Shown in pieces: positions 61,652-64,000 of a stretch of DNA of 64,000 nucleotides. The position numbers were made by a program, and so were the translations under genes. The stretch is from Acidilobaceae archaeon. Lineage in GTDB: Archaea; Thermoproteota; Thermoprotei_A; Sulfolobales; Acidilobaceae. How positions within the stretch are numbered: position 1 is the stretch's first letter; each line of letters begins with the position of its first letter. The notes under the pieces were generated by a model that worked only from the letters and a program-made list of their open reading frames with translations, was not told where the DNA came from and searched no databases. Where the stretch lies: the NCBI GenBank assembly GCA_038897215.1, contig JAWAWX010000001.1:965008-1029007 (forward strand), in the 5' to 3' direction.

Positions 61652-62713
61652 CTACCAGAAGGCTCTGTAGTCTTCGAGAGTTCCAGCTAGAGCCATGCGG
61701 GCCTCTCCCGGAGTCAGAACTGGCTTGTGATACTCCCACAAGTCGTCTATAGGTAGTCTGGGGCAGCTCGTCACAACAAATGCCTCTATCCAGGAGCTAT
61801 CGATATCCGCTATCCTCTCTAACGTGAGAACACTAGTAGCTACCAGCACGTACTCTCTACCACTATCCTCTAGGAGCTTCTTGAGAGACTCTACGAGCCA
61901 GTCTCTATACTGACATGTCTTCAAGCCGACTACTATAGCCCACCTCTTCGCCGCGATAGCCTGCTGGACTTTGAATAAGCGGATTCTCAGATACTTGACT
62001 CCTAATGGAGTGACGTCCATGACTCTATCCTCGTGGGGGTCGATCTTGACCACGGGCTTCCGTGCAACGAGATAGAGCCCCAGAGGGTGGAATAGCCCCC
62101 CGCCTAGGTACAGGTATGCATCTACATCGATAGACGTCGCTACCCTATACTCGCAACCTATGACCTGACCGTCTAGAAGATATGGAGGCAAGCCTTTCGG
62201 AATACTGGGCTCAAGCCCCCTCCTTTCTATCTGAAGAGCTAGCTTCGAGAGCCTACTAACGTGCTGTAGGGGGGCAACCAAGCCTACTCTCTTAGCATTA
62301 TAGGACCTCAAGATCTCCAACGCTTCCTCGACCGCTCTCTCTGAAAAGTCGACTCTACTGTATGCGGGAACGTAGACGACGCTAGCTTTCTCAACTCTAC
62401 CTCTCGTAGATAGCGAGCAAAGCCATGGGGGGTAGGGTGTGTGCCCAACATGCACTATCAGGTCAGGCTTGATAGTGTTCTCTAGAACGTCTAAGTCTAG
62501 ATCGCACGCTCCATACGAGCCCTCGCCCGACACGTAGACCTCGATTGCTCCCCCAAGTCTTCTCTTAATACATAGCGATAGCATGGGTGAGTACTGCTTG
62601 ATGCCATCAGGCAGCTGAATAACCACTCTTCTAGCACTACGTTCTTCGATAACCTTAACCACAGCATCTAGGTCGATCTCGTAGGGTATACTCTCTAGCT
62701 CTCTACACTCCAC
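61652..62713 (-). CDS. dph2: 2-(3-amino-3-carboxypropyl)histidine synthase Dph2 (diphthamide biosynthesis, radical SAM-like)
   Basis: RRVVIQLPDGIKQY, YGACD and the typical three-domain length of 353 aa. Confidence 0.82.
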   Translation of the reverse strand: MECRELESIPYEIDLDAVVKVIEERSARRVVIQLPDGIKQYSPMLSLCIKRRLGGAIEVYVSGEGSYGACDLDLDVLENTIKPDLIVHVGHTPYPPWLCSLSTRGRVEKASVVYVPAYSRVDFSERAVEEALEILRSYNAKRVGLVAPLQHVSRLSKLALQIERRGLEPSIPKGLPPYLLDGQVIGCEYRVATSIDVDAYLYLGGGLFHPLGLYLVARKPVVKIDPHEDRVMDVTPLGVKYLRIRLFKVQQAIAAKRWAIVVGLKTCQYRDWLVESLKKLLEDSGREYVLVATSVLTLERIADIDSSWIEAFVVTSCPRLPIDDLWEYHKPVLTPGEARMALAGTLEDYRAFW

Positions 62714-62798
62714 CTAGAGCTCTACCCCCGTTCCATCTAGGTCTTGAGGCGAATACCTTATAGGCTCAATAGAGCGAGCCTAGGCTGGAGGGTGAGCC

Positions 62799-63542
62799 TT
62801 GTTCAGACTCCACTTCAAAGACGCTAGAACCTGGAGATACATAGTCTCGAGTATCGAGAAGATACTAGATGAGGGAGTATTCGTAGCTAGCAGAGAGGGG
62901 TTAAGGCTAAGAGCACTAGACCCGAGCCACATCGTCATGGTCGACTTATTCTACCCGGCTTCTGCTTTCATAGACTACCAGCTAGATAGAGACGAGGTAG
63001 AGATAGGAGTCTCGTTCGATACCCTCACTAAAGTCTTGAGGAGAGGCGGTAAGGACGACGAGCTGGTGATAGAGCTAGAAGGGAGCAACCTGGCTGTTAG
63101 CTTCCTAGGCAAAGGAGTCCGGAAATTCACGATACCAACCATAACTCTACTCTACGAGAAGCTCCCAGAACCTAAGGTCAGCTTTACAGTCAAGGCTAAG
63201 ATGTTGAGTAGCATATTCAGAGACACTATTAAATCGCTAGCAGAGTTTGGAGAAAGCCTGACCTTCAGAGCTAGAGAAGACGCGCTACTAGTAGTAGGTA
63301 GTAGTGACGTGATGAAGGGCGAGATAGAGCTATCTCTAGACAGGCAGTCGCTGATAGAGTATGAGGCAGAGAGTCTCGATGAAGCCAGCTACACTCTAGA
63401 ATACTTCACGTACATGGCTACAGCTTCTCAAGCAGCAGACCTAGTGGGGATCAGGTATGCTAGCGAAGCTCCAGTGAGAGTAGACCTAGAGTACATGGGT
63501 GGAGGCAGGCTGACATTCTATGTCTCACCGAGAGTCGCGTAG
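62799..63542 (+). CDS. pcn: DNA polymerase sliding clamp PCNA
   Basis: MFRLHFKDARTWRYIVSSIEKILDEGVFVASREGLRLRALDPSHIVMVDL and a length of 247 aa. Confidence 0.92.
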   Translation: MFRLHFKDARTWRYIVSSIEKILDEGVFVASREGLRLRALDPSHIVMVDLFYPASAFIDYQLDRDEVEIGVSFDTLTKVLRRGGKDDELVIELEGSNLAVSFLGKGVRKFTIPTITLLYEKLPEPKVSFTVKAKMLSSIFRDTIKSLAEFGESLTFRAREDALLVVGSSDVMKGEIELSLDRQSLIEYEAESLDEASYTLEYFTYMATASQAADLVGIRYASEAPVRVDLEYMGGGRLTFYVSPRVA

Positions 63543-64000
63543 AGAGACTGTAGTCGAGTTGAAGAAGAGTAGTGGTGTTGATGCTCTAAAAGCTCTCTAC
63601 AAGGCCTACTATGCTCGAAAACCTAGAGTCAAAGCTCCCACTCATATCGAGATGAGAGAGTTCGCTTTCCAGCTCTTCGAGAGAGAACCCTATGTGAGAC
63701 ACCTCTCCTTCAAGTCTGAGAGAGAGCTCTCCGAGTATCTGGCTGAGAAAGCCCCGAGACACGCATACTACTCTGTTGCTCTCTACAGCTTCCCCGACGC
63801 TAAGTCTATGGAGGAGAAGGGGTGGAGAGGCTCGGAGCTTCTCTTCGACGTAGACTCAGACATGGTCCCCGACTGCGTTGCAGCCAGAGTAGGCGACGAC
63901 TTGCTCGTTGACGACTCCTGCTTAGCTAAAGGCTTCAGGATAGCCTACAGGATATCCGTGATGCTACGCAGAGATCTAGGCATGGATTCCACCATATACT
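63520..64000 (+). CDS. priS: DNA primase small (catalytic) subunit PriS; 3' end cut by the window edge
   Basis: Not in the ORF track. My translation gives ...EMREFAFQLFEREPYVRHLSFKSERELSEYLAEKAPRHAYYSVALYSFPDAKSMEEKGWRGSELLFDVDSD.... This carries the AEP primase motifs (REFAF, RH.SF, YYS, catalytic LFDVDSD). The start is either ATG 63520, overlapping the pcn end by 23 nt, or TTG 63559. Confidence 0.85.
   Translation, partial: MSHRESRRETVVELKKSSGVDALKALYKAYYARKPRVKAPTHIEMREFAFQLFEREPYVRHLSFKSERELSEYLAEKAPRHAYYSVALYSFPDAKSMEEKGWRGSELLFDVDSDMVPDCVAARVGDDLLVDDSCLAKGFRIAYRISVMLRRDLGMDSTIY

Overview
Archaeal core chromosome, densely coded on both strands. I saw no rRNA, CRISPR array, IS element or integrase. 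It is archaeal because it carries TBP, a TFIIB-type zinc-ribbon protein, Rpo12/RpoP, RFC small and large subunits, PCNA, PriS, aSUI1, Pelota, Dph2 and archease. Very G+C-rich tRNA stems and E/K/R/V-rich proteins suggest a hyperthermophile. A Thermoproteota, Desulfurococcales-like origin is only my guess. I support about 60 protein genes and 5 intron-less tRNA genes, all with encoded CCA. Two genes are missing from the ORF track because the window edges cut them: uL6 at 1-510(-) and PriS at 63520-64000(+). The window is rich in translation functions: HisRS, MetRS, GlyRS, ValRS, uL6, aSUI1, Pelota, TmcA, TrmI, archease and Dph2. It also holds central metabolism: PEP synthase, a four-subunit 2-oxoacid:ferredoxin oxidoreductase, an Asp-ligated ferredoxin, IlvE and agmatinase. 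A molybdopterin-cofactor cluster (moeA, moeA, mobA, moaC) and replication genes (rfcS, rfcL, pcn, priS) are also present. Candidates worth a second look: (1) a PfV-type encapsulin with a fused ferritin-like domain, wedged into the Moco cluster just upstream of moaC; (2) an orphan 188-aa protein laid out like a GGDEF/palm nucleotide cyclase but with GTEEA in place of GGDEF; (3) a truncated TFB (TFB3-like) paralog; (4) a short UbiD-family decarboxylase overlapping tmcA, possibly the anhydromevalonate-phosphate decarboxylase; (5) a small membrane protein translationally coupled to a DUF1464-like actin-fold ATPase. All function calls come from motif recognition by eye and recalled family signatures. 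No database search was run.
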